From a virus, in IMG/VR virus record IMGVR_UViG_3300045988_063706, positions 1 through 53,359 of that record: 53,359 bases of DNA; one strand, written 5' to 3'. Of this stretch, positions 1-7,453 are shown one piece after another. The notes beneath the pieces were generated by a model. The model worked only from the letters and a program-made list of their open reading frames with translations. It did no database searches and was not told the DNA's origin. How positions within the stretch are numbered: the stretch's first letter is position 1; each line of letters opens with the position of its first letter. The translations under genes and the position numbers were made by a program.

Positions 1-55
1 AGACCGAGTCATTGCATTTTACGGTCATGCGAAAAAGACGGTGGTTGATATAATT
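1..55. repeat. 55-bp terminal direct repeat, identical to 53305..53359. It is the assembly overlap of a circular or circularly permuted genome.
   Basis: Bases 1-55 (agaccgagtcattgc...ggttgatataatt) recur exactly as the last 55 bases of the window. Confidence 0.95.
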
Positions 56-1255
56 CTTACCACTCAAAAACCCGGTGACTATATAACATATACGACTCCC
101 TATGGTGAAGAGTTGACCGGATTTATTGAAAGTCTTGATATCACCTTTAGCAAGGAAATGAAAGCAAGAGCAACTCTTATCTCTGGTTATAGTCCTCCAG
201 TCGTTCAAACCTTTGATAATAGAGTGGTTTTGACTGGTTCTGGACAATGGCAAGTTCCCGACGGAATTAGAAAAATTCGTTATGCTCTGTTTCAAGGTGC
301 AACAGGGGGAGGCCCTGGAGTAAAGGGCGGAGACGCAAGTGGTAGCACTACTCACAATTACGAATACACCTCTTGGATTTCTGGAAAAGTCACAAACCGT
401 TCAAGACACGTTCTTTGGGGAGGCCCCGGCGGGGTTGGAGGCCCCGGTGGGCCGGGTGGCTCAGGCTCTCGCATAAAAGAGGGGGAAATGGATGTTACTC
501 CTGGAGCCTTATTGGATTATTCATGTGGAGTTGGCGGTACTGGTGCGCCTTTTGGAACTCCTACTGGAACAGAGGGTTCTGTAACGACTCTAAATGGGGT
601 AAATTCCTCTGATGGAACTTTCCCCGCCATTTCTGGTTGGGTTGATGTACTGACTGGAGATGTGTATGCACTTCCTGGAGATGCTGGGCTTCCCGGAGGA
701 AATGGTGCAGGGGGTAGAGATGATTATACTATACCAGACACAAATGACCTCGAAGAAATCATGGGTGGGTATGTTAGTCAGACAGGGGCATACGACGAAG
801 ACGGGAAACTCTGGCCCGGTGCTCCCACTAAACTTGGAAGAACTGGATATCCAAATCATGCGAATTTACCATGGGCTCCTCAATACTATTCTGCAAACTC
901 AGCAGGGACTCGTGGATGCGGTGCTGGTTATGCTTTAGGCCCCGGAGGAGTTGCAGGTGTTACTCAGGCCGAACCTGGAAGAAACGGTGCTTCTCAATCT
1001 CAATCCGCTGGATATGCCGCTGACGGTATGACCCCTCCTGCGCCCTCTATTTCACCTAAAAAACCCGGTGTCACTAAAGGCGGCCGAGGGGGTTATGGTG
1101 GAGGCGGTGGTTCCTGCCCCGGATGGGCCGGTGGTGAATGTGATCCGAGCGAGGGTGCAAGTCTTCCGAGTGTTGTTGCTGGTACTCCCGGAACAGGAGG
1201 CCCCGGCGGGGTTGGAGGCCCCGGTGGTGATGGAATGATTATCATTTATTATTGA
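1..1255 (+). CDS. C-terminal part of a tail fibre / receptor-binding protein with a glycine-rich domain. It continues the ORF 52349..53359 across the circular junction.
   Basis: The frame is open from base 2 (DRVIAFYGHAKKTVVDII), the same peptide that ends the window, so the ORF-track start at 41 is internal. It has the pattern VLTGSGQWQVPDGIRKIRYALFQGATGGGPG plus GGPGGVGGPGG tracts, typical of phage glycine-rich tail-fibre domains. Confidence 0.8.
   Translation, partial: DRVIAFYGHAKKTVVDIILTTQKPGDYITYTTPYGEELTGFIESLDITFSKEMKARATLISGYSPPVVQTFDNRVVLTGSGQWQVPDGIRKIRYALFQGATGGGPGVKGGDASGSTTHNYEYTSWISGKVTNRSRHVLWGGPGGVGGPGGPGGSGSRIKEGEMDVTPGALLDYSCGVGGTGAPFGTPTGTEGSVTTLNGVNSSDGTFPAISGWVDVLTGDVYALPGDAGLPGGNGAGGRDDYTIPDTNDLEEIMGGYVSQTGAYDEDGKLWPGAPTKLGRTGYPNHANLPWAPQYYSANSAGTRGCGAGYALGPGGVAGVTQAEPGRNGASQSQSAGYAADGMTPPAPSISPKKPGVTKGGRGGYGGGGGSCPGWAGGECDPSEGASLPSVVAGTPGTGGPGGVGGPGGDGMIIIYY
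419..450 (+). repeat. 32-bp perfect direct repeat, copy 1, inside the tail-fibre gene
   Basis: ggaggccccggcggggttggaggccccggtgg is also present at 1196..1227 and encodes GGPGGVGGPGG. Confidence 0.9.
1196..1227 (+). repeat. 32-bp perfect direct repeat, copy 2, inside the tail-fibre gene
   Basis: Identical to 419..450. The offset is 777 nt (259 codons), so the copies are in frame. Confidence 0.9.
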
Positions 1256-1267
1256 GGGGGTTTGGTT

Positions 1268-1735
1268 ATGTTAGAGCATTCACCATCTTTACAAAGTTTA
1301 TCTAAAATAGCCGAATACCTTGCTCAAACCCTTACTGATGAAGAGGCTGTTGAAGTCCCTGACCTCTATCCTCCATGGTTGCCTGGAGTTCATTATGGAG
1401 GGGATAATGAGTCGAAAATTGTCTGTACTACTGGAAGTCCAAACCTTGGATATAAACTCTATAGATGTATTACTCCGCACACTTCTCAAGAAGATTGGCA
1501 CCCCAGTAAAACCCCGGCCCTATGGACTTATATTGACCGAACCCATGCGGGAACATTGGATGACCCTATACCGGCTCAGCGGTCTATGGAGTATGTGTAT
1601 GGGAAATACTACTTCGATCCAGAGGACGAAAAGATTTACCTGTGCAAGCGTACAGGGGAACCGGAGGGAGGGACAATCATACTGCATTATTTACCGCATG
1701 AACTCATTGGGCACTATTTTGAGGAGGTTGAGTAA
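1268..1735 (+). CDS. Tail-associated protein with a CBM5/12-like (chitin-binding type 3) carbohydrate-binding motif
   Basis: GAGGGGG RBS upstream of the ATG at 1268. YKLYRCITPHTSQEDWHPSKTPALW matches the Y..G..V...Y.C...H.S...W.P....ALW pattern of CBM5/12 domains. It sits directly after the tail fibre. Confidence 0.6.
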   Translation: MLEHSPSLQSLSKIAEYLAQTLTDEEAVEVPDLYPPWLPGVHYGGDNESKIVCTTGSPNLGYKLYRCITPHTSQEDWHPSKTPALWTYIDRTHAGTLDDPIPAQRSMEYVYGKYYFDPEDEKIYLCKRTGEPEGGTIILHYLPHELIGHYFEEVE

Positions 1736-2467
1736 ATGACAGAACAACAGGCCCGTCAAAAATTAGTCCTTGCTTTTAAGGGCTGGTTAGGGTATAATGA
1801 AGTCAACGGCAAACATCGGGAAATCATTGATCTCTACAATACCCAAAAGCCGCTTCCGAGAGGGTACAAGGTCAAATATTCTGACGAGTGGTGTGCAACT
1901 GCTGTCACCGCCGCCGGAATTAAAGCCGGGTTGAGCCGCATTATTCTCGGCGAATGTAGTTGCTCCAAAATGATTGAACTCTATAAGCAGAAAAACCGCT
2001 GGCAAGAGAATGACGCATACGTTCCCTCCATTGGGGATATCGTCATGTACGACTGGCAAGATGGTACGAATTACGCTAAAACTGATAACAAGGGCGCTCC
2101 CGACCATGTTGGAGTCGTTGCAGGTGTCAACGGTAACACGGTAACAATCATTGAGGGTAACAAGGGGGAGGCGGTGGCCTATCGAAACCTGAAAATCAAC
2201 GGTCGTTATATTCGTGGATGGTGCTTGCCTGATTACGCAAGTATCGCAACAGAAAAGGAGGATGACGAAGATATGGAAGCAAGGTACAAGTATCTCAAGG
2301 ATGTCCCGCCCTCTTACCGGGGGTCCGTGGAAAAGGTTATGAAAAAGGGTTTCCTCGGTGGGTACAGTGACCCGAACCCGAACTCCCTGGAGGATAACCT
2401 GTTGGACATTACGGAGACATTCTGCCGTATCATCAAGGTCATGGACAATGCTGGGGCGTTCGACTAA
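1736..2467 (+). CDS. Endolysin, CHAP-domain peptidoglycan hydrolase with a C-terminal SLH-like wall-binding region
   Basis: CHAP Cys (SDEWCATAV), His (APDHVGVV) and IEGN. The C-terminus YLKDVPPSYRGSVEKVMKKGFLGG resembles an SLH repeat (weak). Holin-like genes follow. Confidence 0.85.
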   Translation: MTEQQARQKLVLAFKGWLGYNEVNGKHREIIDLYNTQKPLPRGYKVKYSDEWCATAVTAAGIKAGLSRIILGECSCSKMIELYKQKNRWQENDAYVPSIGDIVMYDWQDGTNYAKTDNKGAPDHVGVVAGVNGNTVTIIEGNKGEAVAYRNLKINGRYIRGWCLPDYASIATEKEDDEDMEARYKYLKDVPPSYRGSVEKVMKKGFLGGYSDPNPNSLEDNLLDITETFCRIIKVMDNAGAFD

Positions 2468-2783
2468 AGGGAAGCGAGAGGCTCCTAAAAAGCCGAGACG
2501 CCGGGTTTCCGTGACGAGGGTGGTATTCCTATCCACTCAAATCTCGGCTCTTGTATGGGTCTCTATCTCCTATGGCATAGCCATTTATTCGACCGTTGCC
2601 TTACAACAGCCATTTCCAGTCACTGAATTATCCTCGCAAGCAATAACATCAATTCTCGGTGTGGGCTTCCTAAAGGTACTGGAAAACATTTTCGAGCATA
2701 ACGATGGACCCGTTTTTGGGCATTCTAAGAAAGGAGAACAGGACTATGGAGGAGAACAAAACTACGATGACCCCGGAGTCTGA
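2448..2783 (+). CDS. Putative membrane protein (holin/antiholin candidate)
   Basis: Fills the gap between the endolysin and the next gene. Basic N-terminus, then hydrophobic stretches (VVFLSTQISALVWVSISYGIAIYSTV; ITSILGVGFLKVL). The start is uncertain (ATG 2448 or GTG 2511) and the RBS is weak. Confidence 0.4.
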   Translation: MLGRSTKGKREAPKKPRRRVSVTRVVFLSTQISALVWVSISYGIAIYSTVALQQPFPVTELSSQAITSILGVGFLKVLENIFEHNDGPVFGHSKKGEQDYGGEQNYDDPGV

Positions 2784-3033
2784 GGGTTTTGCGGAATTGG
2801 AGGGTGTCGTTGAGAAGAGGGCTATGCCTAAAGCCATTCTCAACAGGCTCGCCGCTCTCATGTCTGTCAAGTCCATTGTGACTCTGGTTCTTACCGGGGT
2901 ATTCGCATTCATGGCTTGCACAAACAGCATTTCGCAAGACTTCATGACTATCTATGCGGTCATCATTGCGTTCTACTTTGGCACTCAGAGTCAGAAAATC
3001 CAGGAAGTCATCACTGACAAAGAGGAGCAGTAA
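2746..3033 (+). CDS. Holin, two transmembrane segments
   Basis: RBS aaaggagaacaggactATG. 95 aa with two hydrophobic helices (IVTLVLTGVFAFMA; FMTIYAVIIAFYFG) and a charged C-terminus. Adjacent to the endolysin. Confidence 0.7.
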   Translation: MEENKTTMTPESEGFAELEGVVEKRAMPKAILNRLAALMSVKSIVTLVLTGVFAFMACTNSISQDFMTIYAVIIAFYFGTQSQKIQEVITDKEEQ

Positions 3034-3035
3034 CT

Positions 3036-3368
3036 ATGGACGCCGGGACCGTGACTTTTGTTGCCGGTTTGATATCCTGTGTCATCGGTGTTTCAACATT
3101 CATTTCAGGCAGAATGACAAAGGCTGAGCGAAACGGCTCCATGGAGACCAAAATCAATCAAGCCTTGGAGGGTATAACTGCAATCAACAGGAAGTTAGAG
3201 ACTTCCTCGCATGACCAACACGCTGTCGAATTGATGGTGCGTTCGCATGAAGAGCAGTTGAAAACCCTGTTCCGCTATGATCAGGACATACGAGCCTCTA
3301 TCGAAGAGGGCAACAAAACTCGTGAGGTACTCATTGAGTTACTGCAAGTTATAAAGTCTCAACGATAA
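3036..3368 (+). CDS. Membrane-anchored coiled-coil protein (lysis-cassette associated)
   Basis: N-terminal TM segment (VTFVAGLISCVIGVSTFI) followed by a helical charged region. Tightly packed after the holin. Confidence 0.6.
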   Translation: MDAGTVTFVAGLISCVIGVSTFISGRMTKAERNGSMETKINQALEGITAINRKLETSSHDQHAVELMVRSHEEQLKTLFRYDQDIRASIEEGNKTREVLIELLQVIKSQR

Positions 3369-3380
3369 CGAGGTGAAACG

Positions 3381-3713
3381 ATGAATCCAGAACAGAACCC
3401 CTTGGAAAACCTCGGAGAAATTCGTGACGAAAAGGATGCACTTGACCAGAGTATCGCTCTAAACCGGATTGTCATGACTATGCTCCAGCACCAAAAAGAG
3501 TCAAATAAACGAATGTTTATTGTGCTCATCATCAGCCTCATCATCAATGCGTGTATCGTTGCAGGGTTTCTCTATTACGAAAGCCTCTGGGAGTACGAAA
3601 CAACTACCACGACCGTCACGCAAGAAGTCGAGGGCGAGGGGTCTGACATCAACAATGTGCAGGGCAATCAATACATGGATAACGCCACGCACAACGAGGG
3701 AGGGCCTGACTGA
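3381..3713 (+). CDS. Single-pass membrane protein, unknown function
   Basis: RBS aacgaggtgaaacgATG. Central TM segment (MFIVLIISLIINACIVAGFLYY). Confidence 0.6.
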   Translation: MNPEQNPLENLGEIRDEKDALDQSIALNRIVMTMLQHQKESNKRMFIVLIISLIINACIVAGFLYYESLWEYETTTTTVTQEVEGEGSDINNVQGNQYMDNATHNEGGPD

Positions 3714-3871
3714 TGGGAAGAGCAAGACAGACCGTTACTGTCACAACGACTCGCCGTACACGGCAACAGACATCCCCGAAAGTGAGCACGTCTACGAAGC
3801 CTAAAGCAACCAACAGCGGGAATCAGAACCGCTGTCCGACTTGTGGCAAGTATATGAGCCGACACAAGTAG
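3713..3871 (+). CDS. Small basic protein (52 aa) with a C-terminal CxxC
   Basis: Not in the ORF track (under 60 aa). Its ATG overlaps the previous stop (TGATG). Sequence MGRARQTVTVTTTRRTRQQTSPKVSTSTKPKATNSGNQNRCPTCGKYMSRHK. Confidence 0.45.
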   Translation: MGRARQTVTVTTTRRTRQQTSPKVSTSTKPKATNSGNQNRCPTCGKYMSRHK

Positions 3872-3888
3872 GGAGGATGTGAACCGAC

Positions 3889-4119
3889 GTGACGAGTCAC
3901 ATTCAAACTCGAGCGAAGTTGAAAGAAATATGCCTTGTTACTGCGTTTGAGGATTTGCTTGACTTGTGTACGTTGAGTGACATCGACAAAGAAATTCTCC
4001 GGTTGCATTACCTAAAGGAGAAAGACTTTCGGTTCATTGGAGACGAACTCGGTTTCAGTGAATCAGCAATAAAGCAAAGGCATAGAAAAGCCCTAAAGAA
4101 ACTCGGAAATATTATCTAA
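3889..4119 (+). CDS. Sigma-70 region-4-like HTH protein (small phage transcription regulator)
   Basis: LSDIDKEILRLHYLKEKDFRFIGDELGFSESAIKQRHRKALKKL is a typical sigma-70 region 4 / ECF-type HTH. At 76 aa it has no region 2. Confidence 0.7.
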   Translation: MTSHIQTRAKLKEICLVTAFEDLLDLCTLSDIDKEILRLHYLKEKDFRFIGDELGFSESAIKQRHRKALKKLGNII

Positions 4120-4120
4120 A

Positions 4121-4156
4121 GGCTCGCCCCTCCGGGGGTGGGCCTTTTGTTATTTT
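4121..4156 (+). terminator. Rho-independent terminator
   Basis: 10-bp stem ggctcgcccc/ggggtgggcc (two G-U pairs), UCCG loop, then ttttgttatttt. Confidence 0.8.
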
Positions 4157-4178
4157 GAAATACTTTTGGTGTCCTTTT

Positions 4179-4218
4179 AGGCCCCGTCTTATGTACTTGA
4201 GGCGGGGCCTTTTGCTTT
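4179..4218 (+). terminator. Second rho-independent terminator
   Basis: Stem aggccccg/cggggcct with an extendable base, about 8-nt loop, then tttgcttt. Confidence 0.7.
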
Positions 4219-4245
4219 ATACTTGAGTATAAAGGAGGCGATATA

Positions 4246-4410
4246 GTGCTCTATCCTGAGTCCGTTGTGTGTAATGAACTCCGCTGGGAGTACGGGTTGC
4301 CAAAATGGAAAGCCCTTGCGCTCATACAGAAGTACAAATCCCGGGATGAGTATGCGGTACTGTGTCGCCTCATTGAGATACGAAATTCCATACTTAGAGA
4401 GGAGCGATAG
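4246..4410 (+). CDS. Small hypothetical protein (54 aa), first gene of the accessory operon
   Basis: Not in the track. Strong RBS taaaggaggcgatataGTG. It ends 2 nt before the next start. Confidence 0.5.
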   Translation: MLYPESVVCNELRWEYGLPKWKALALIQKYKSRDEYAVLCRLIEIRNSILREER

Positions 4411-4412
4411 CC

Positions 4413-4895
4413 GTGTATCAATATCCGGGTCAAATGGGGGTTGCCCCCGGTATGCAGGTTCCGCAACCGGGTCAAATGTACGGGGTCCCCGGACAGCCCA
4501 TGCAACAGTCTCCAAATTTCGTCCCTCAGGTCCCGTCAGGCGTCCCGCAAGGGGTCAGTCAGGGTAACTATGCCCCCGCCCTACAAAACCCCATGAGGGT
4601 CCGCCCTGTGGCCTCCTACGACGAAGCGAAAGCAGTCCCGACCGATTTTATGGGGAATTTGCTCGTGCTTACTGACCTCTCCCATGGGTGCATATACACA
4701 AAGGTTCTGGACCCTGCGACTGGTAGTTCCATATTCCGTGTCTATAAGGAAGTCGTTGAACCTGCGCCTCAGCCTGAGCCGGTTGCTCCACCTGCGCCCA
4801 TGTATGACCCTAAAGCAGAGATTGAGCGGCTCCGTTCAGAGTTGGAGGGTATAAAGCACGAACTCGGTCTTGATAGCAAGGAGGAACAGAAATGA
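4413..4895 (+). CDS. Hypothetical protein with a Pro/Gln/Gly/Met-rich N-terminal low-complexity region
   Basis: YQYPGQMGVAPGMQVPQPGQMYGVPGQPMQQSPNFVPQVPSGVPQGV, then a folded-looking segment, a Pro-rich linker and a C-terminal coiled coil. GTG start, coupled to its neighbours. Confidence 0.65.
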   Translation: MYQYPGQMGVAPGMQVPQPGQMYGVPGQPMQQSPNFVPQVPSGVPQGVSQGNYAPALQNPMRVRPVASYDEAKAVPTDFMGNLLVLTDLSHGCIYTKVLDPATGSSIFRVYKEVVEPAPQPEPVAPPAPMYDPKAEIERLRSELEGIKHELGLDSKEEQK

Positions 4896-5125
4896 ACCAG
4901 ATGAACCCCATGCAGATGCTTCTTCAGATGACAAGAGCCGGTCAAAACCCGATGGGCCTGTTGCAGTCTCTATCGAGACAAAACCCGCAAGTCGCTCAGG
5001 CTATGCGGCTCATTCAGGGTAAAAGTCCTGAGCAACTCCGAAAGACTGCGGAGAACCTTGCTAAAGAGCGAGGGTACAACTTGGAGCAGATTGCTCAGCA
5101 GATGGGCATATCGCTCCCTAAATAA
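4892..5125 (+). CDS. Small Gln/Met-rich hypothetical protein
   Basis: ATGA overlap with the upstream stop. MNQMNPMQMLLQMTRAGQNPMGLLQSL... Confidence 0.6.
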   Translation: MNQMNPMQMLLQMTRAGQNPMGLLQSLSRQNPQVAQAMRLIQGKSPEQLRKTAENLAKERGYNLEQIAQQMGISLPK

Positions 5126-5178
5126 GATATTCGGCGGCGTACGAGCCGAGTATAAATACAATGAAAAGGAGAATATCT

Positions 5179-6036
5179 ATGGACGACTTTGGAATGGGCT
5201 ATGCTCTCGGTCAGGACTCCAACGGCGGCGGGAACTGTAACAATGGTTTCGGCGGTATGTGGGGAGAGGGTATCTGGGCTGTCATCATCCTCGGTATGAT
5301 TTTCGGTTGGGGCCGAGGCGGATGGGGAGGCTTTGGCGGCGGTGAGGGTATCAACTCTCCGGCCGGTCAGGGTGCTCTTACTCGTGGCGACCTGTGCGCT
5401 GAGTTTAACTTCAACAATCTGGACAACGCTGTCCGGGGTGTTCAGCAGGGTCTTTGCGACGGGTTCTATGCTCAGAACACGGCCCTCATGAACGGCTTCC
5501 ACGGTGTGGACAATGCGGTTTGCAGTCTGGGCTATCAAACTCAGCAGGGCTTCTCCACTCTGGCCGCTCAGATGGCTCAGTGTTGCTGTGACACTCAGAG
5601 AGCGATTGACGGCGTCAATTTCAGCACTTTGCAGGGCTTCAACGGCCTCCAGAATCAGATTGCTTCCTGTTGCTGTGATACTCAGCGACAGATTGAGCGG
5701 GGTTTCTGTGACGTCGGCTATAACATGGCAACCAACACGAACAACATCATCCAGTCTACTCATAACGATACTGACCGGGTCATTGCTCGTCTGGACGCTA
5801 TGGAGAACGCTCGTCAGGCCGAGAAGATTGCCGCTTTGCAGGCTGAGAACCAGACGCTCAAGTTCCAGGCTTCTCAGAATGCTCAGAACGCATTCATTAC
5901 CGCAAATCAGGAGGCTCAGACTGCGGAACTTATTCGCAGAATTGCTCCTACTCCTGTCCCCTCTTACGCTGTTCCGGCCCCTTATCCCTATTGTGGCGGC
6001 TGGAATAACGGATGCGGTTGCGGCTCTTGTTGCTAA
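5179..6036 (+). CDS. Gly-rich / Cys-rich membrane-associated protein with a repeated CCCDTQR motif
   Basis: RBS aaaggagaatatctATG (5179). Gly-rich N-terminus, a TM-like IWAVIILGMIFGW, CCCDTQR twice 29 codons apart (nt 5581 and 5668), a coiled coil, and a C-terminus of CGGWNNGCGCGSCC. Confidence 0.65.
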   Translation: MDDFGMGYALGQDSNGGGNCNNGFGGMWGEGIWAVIILGMIFGWGRGGWGGFGGGEGINSPAGQGALTRGDLCAEFNFNNLDNAVRGVQQGLCDGFYAQNTALMNGFHGVDNAVCSLGYQTQQGFSTLAAQMAQCCCDTQRAIDGVNFSTLQGFNGLQNQIASCCCDTQRQIERGFCDVGYNMATNTNNIIQSTHNDTDRVIARLDAMENARQAEKIAALQAENQTLKFQASQNAQNAFITANQEAQTAELIRRIAPTPVPSYAVPAPYPYCGGWNNGCGCGSCC

Positions 6037-6097
6037 CAATGACACATTCTGCGGAGGGTGGGCATTCCGCCCTCCGCATTGATTAGGAGGAATCTAT

Positions 6098-6502
6098 ATG
6101 GCTTGCAAAACGGCTTGTAAACTGTGCAACAAACTCATCATTTCGCAGTCTGTGACTTTTACTGGAGGGAATCTGATTATCAATCTTCCCGCCGGTAGTT
6201 ATAACGATGGTTGTAAATACTGCATTGTCGTCGCTCAGAGCATTCCATCAACTGCGACCATCAATGCACCGGTATTTATCACCATCGGAACCGGAACTCA
6301 GCAATACCCTCTGAACAAGTGCGATTGCACTCAGGCCACGGCTTGTTCCATTCGTACGAGAACCCGGTATGCGACTCGGGTAGAGACCACTCCTACGAGC
6401 GGCGTCTTCAAACTGCTGGGGAAAATCTGCTGTGCGCCTAACAACAATCTCAGAGGGATTAACGGGACGGCCCCGGTAACTCCGGCCTCGACTTCTGTTT
6501 AA
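6098..6502 (+). CDS. Small Cys-rich protein, unknown function
   Basis: RBS taggaggaatctatATG. Several Cys clusters in 134 aa (CKTACKLC, CKYC, CDC, CC) and a beta-rich composition. Confidence 0.65.
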   Translation: MACKTACKLCNKLIISQSVTFTGGNLIINLPAGSYNDGCKYCIVVAQSIPSTATINAPVFITIGTGTQQYPLNKCDCTQATACSIRTRTRYATRVETTPTSGVFKLLGKICCAPNNNLRGINGTAPVTPASTSV

Positions 6503-6514
6503 GGGGGTTATCAC

Positions 6515-7324
6515 ATGAACCCGAAAATGAAACGTATGCTCGTCAATGAGCGTCGCCGTCGCAAAGACGGAACCTTTATGGGGTATGGTGAACCCTACTC
6601 AGAGCGGAGCGGTAGCAGGGGTGTGAATCCTGATGGAACCACTTATCCAGTCTATCCGAGCATGGTTGTGGAGGCCCGATTTCGTGACCGGGATGGGAGA
6701 GAACATTATGACAATGGTCGGTTCGCTCCTGTTCGAGGAGCCTACGATAGAGGAAGCCCTGCAACTCTTGGGGGATATCCAGTCTATCCTCTCGTTCCTC
6801 CAATCTACGAACATCACGAAGAGATGGAGCCTTGGGGAGATAGGGAATGGGATGATGCTCCTGAGCATAAACCCCATAAACTGAACCGGATAGGGTTTGC
6901 CTCTCCTGATGAAATGGACGATAGCAGGTACGGCTCCAGAGTGGATATGCCCCGAATGAATGAAATGGCATATCGCAAGGGAGAAAAGGCTCACGGCTAT
7001 GCGAGCGGCGTGGAGGATATGCCCATGACAAAGGAACTCGCTATGAAGTGGGTCAAAGAAATGCGTAACTCTGATGGAACCTCCGGCCCTCATTGGACCA
7101 TGGAACAGGCGAAACAGATTATGCAACAGCAGAAAATCGACTGTGACCCGCTTGAATTCTTTGTGGCCTTGAATATGATGTATTCTGATTACTACAAGGC
7201 GGCAAAGGCTCGTAACTGTTCAACCGTTGAACTCTATGCGGCTATGGCAGAAGCATTCCTTGATGACAAGGACGCTCAGCCTGAGAAACTCTCTAAGTAT
7301 TACGAGTATATCGTAAAGCATTGA
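6515..7324 (+). CDS. Hypothetical protein, basic N-terminus, Pro/Tyr/Asp/Arg-rich middle, helical C-terminal domain
   Basis: RBS aagggggttatcacATG. I recognise no motif. Last gene before the terminator. Confidence 0.65.
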   Translation: MNPKMKRMLVNERRRRKDGTFMGYGEPYSERSGSRGVNPDGTTYPVYPSMVVEARFRDRDGREHYDNGRFAPVRGAYDRGSPATLGGYPVYPLVPPIYEHHEEMEPWGDREWDDAPEHKPHKLNRIGFASPDEMDDSRYGSRVDMPRMNEMAYRKGEKAHGYASGVEDMPMTKELAMKWVKEMRNSDGTSGPHWTMEQAKQIMQQQKIDCDPLEFFVALNMMYSDYYKAAKARNCSTVELYAAMAEAFLDDKDAQPEKLSKYYEYIVKH

Positions 7325-7334
7325 TTTCTTAGGG

Positions 7335-7369
7335 TTTAGAGGCCTCAGAAATGGGGCCTCTAAATTTTT
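7335..7369 (+). terminator. Rho-independent terminator closing the accessory operon
   Basis: Stem tttagaggcc/ggcctctaaa, 10-nt loop, then ttttt. Confidence 0.8.
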
Positions 7370-7390
7370 GCAAAATTTTGAAAATTTCTC

Positions 7391-7419
7391 TTGCACTCTG
7401 TTCCACTCTGTGTTAGAAT
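7391..7419 (+). promoter_or_regulatory. Sigma-A-type promoter, member of the conserved phage promoter family
   Basis: TTGCAC, 17 nt, TAGAAT, with TGTGT upstream of the -10. Confidence 0.65.
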
Positions 7420-7453
7420 ACCCATAGAAACAAAGAAACGGAGGTTTCACACT

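Noticed and set aside
2358-2447. Upstream part of track ORF 2358..2783, overlapping the endolysin
   Set aside because: The first ~30 codons are an out-of-frame read of the endolysin C-terminus. A start at ATG 2448 or GTG 2511 is more plausible. The gene itself remains low-confidence.
5095-6045. 316-aa minus-strand ORF opposite the CCCDTQR protein
   Set aside because: The plus-strand gene has a good RBS, lies in a coupled operon, and has an internal in-frame repeat. The minus frame has no translation signals. This is less certain than the other rejections.
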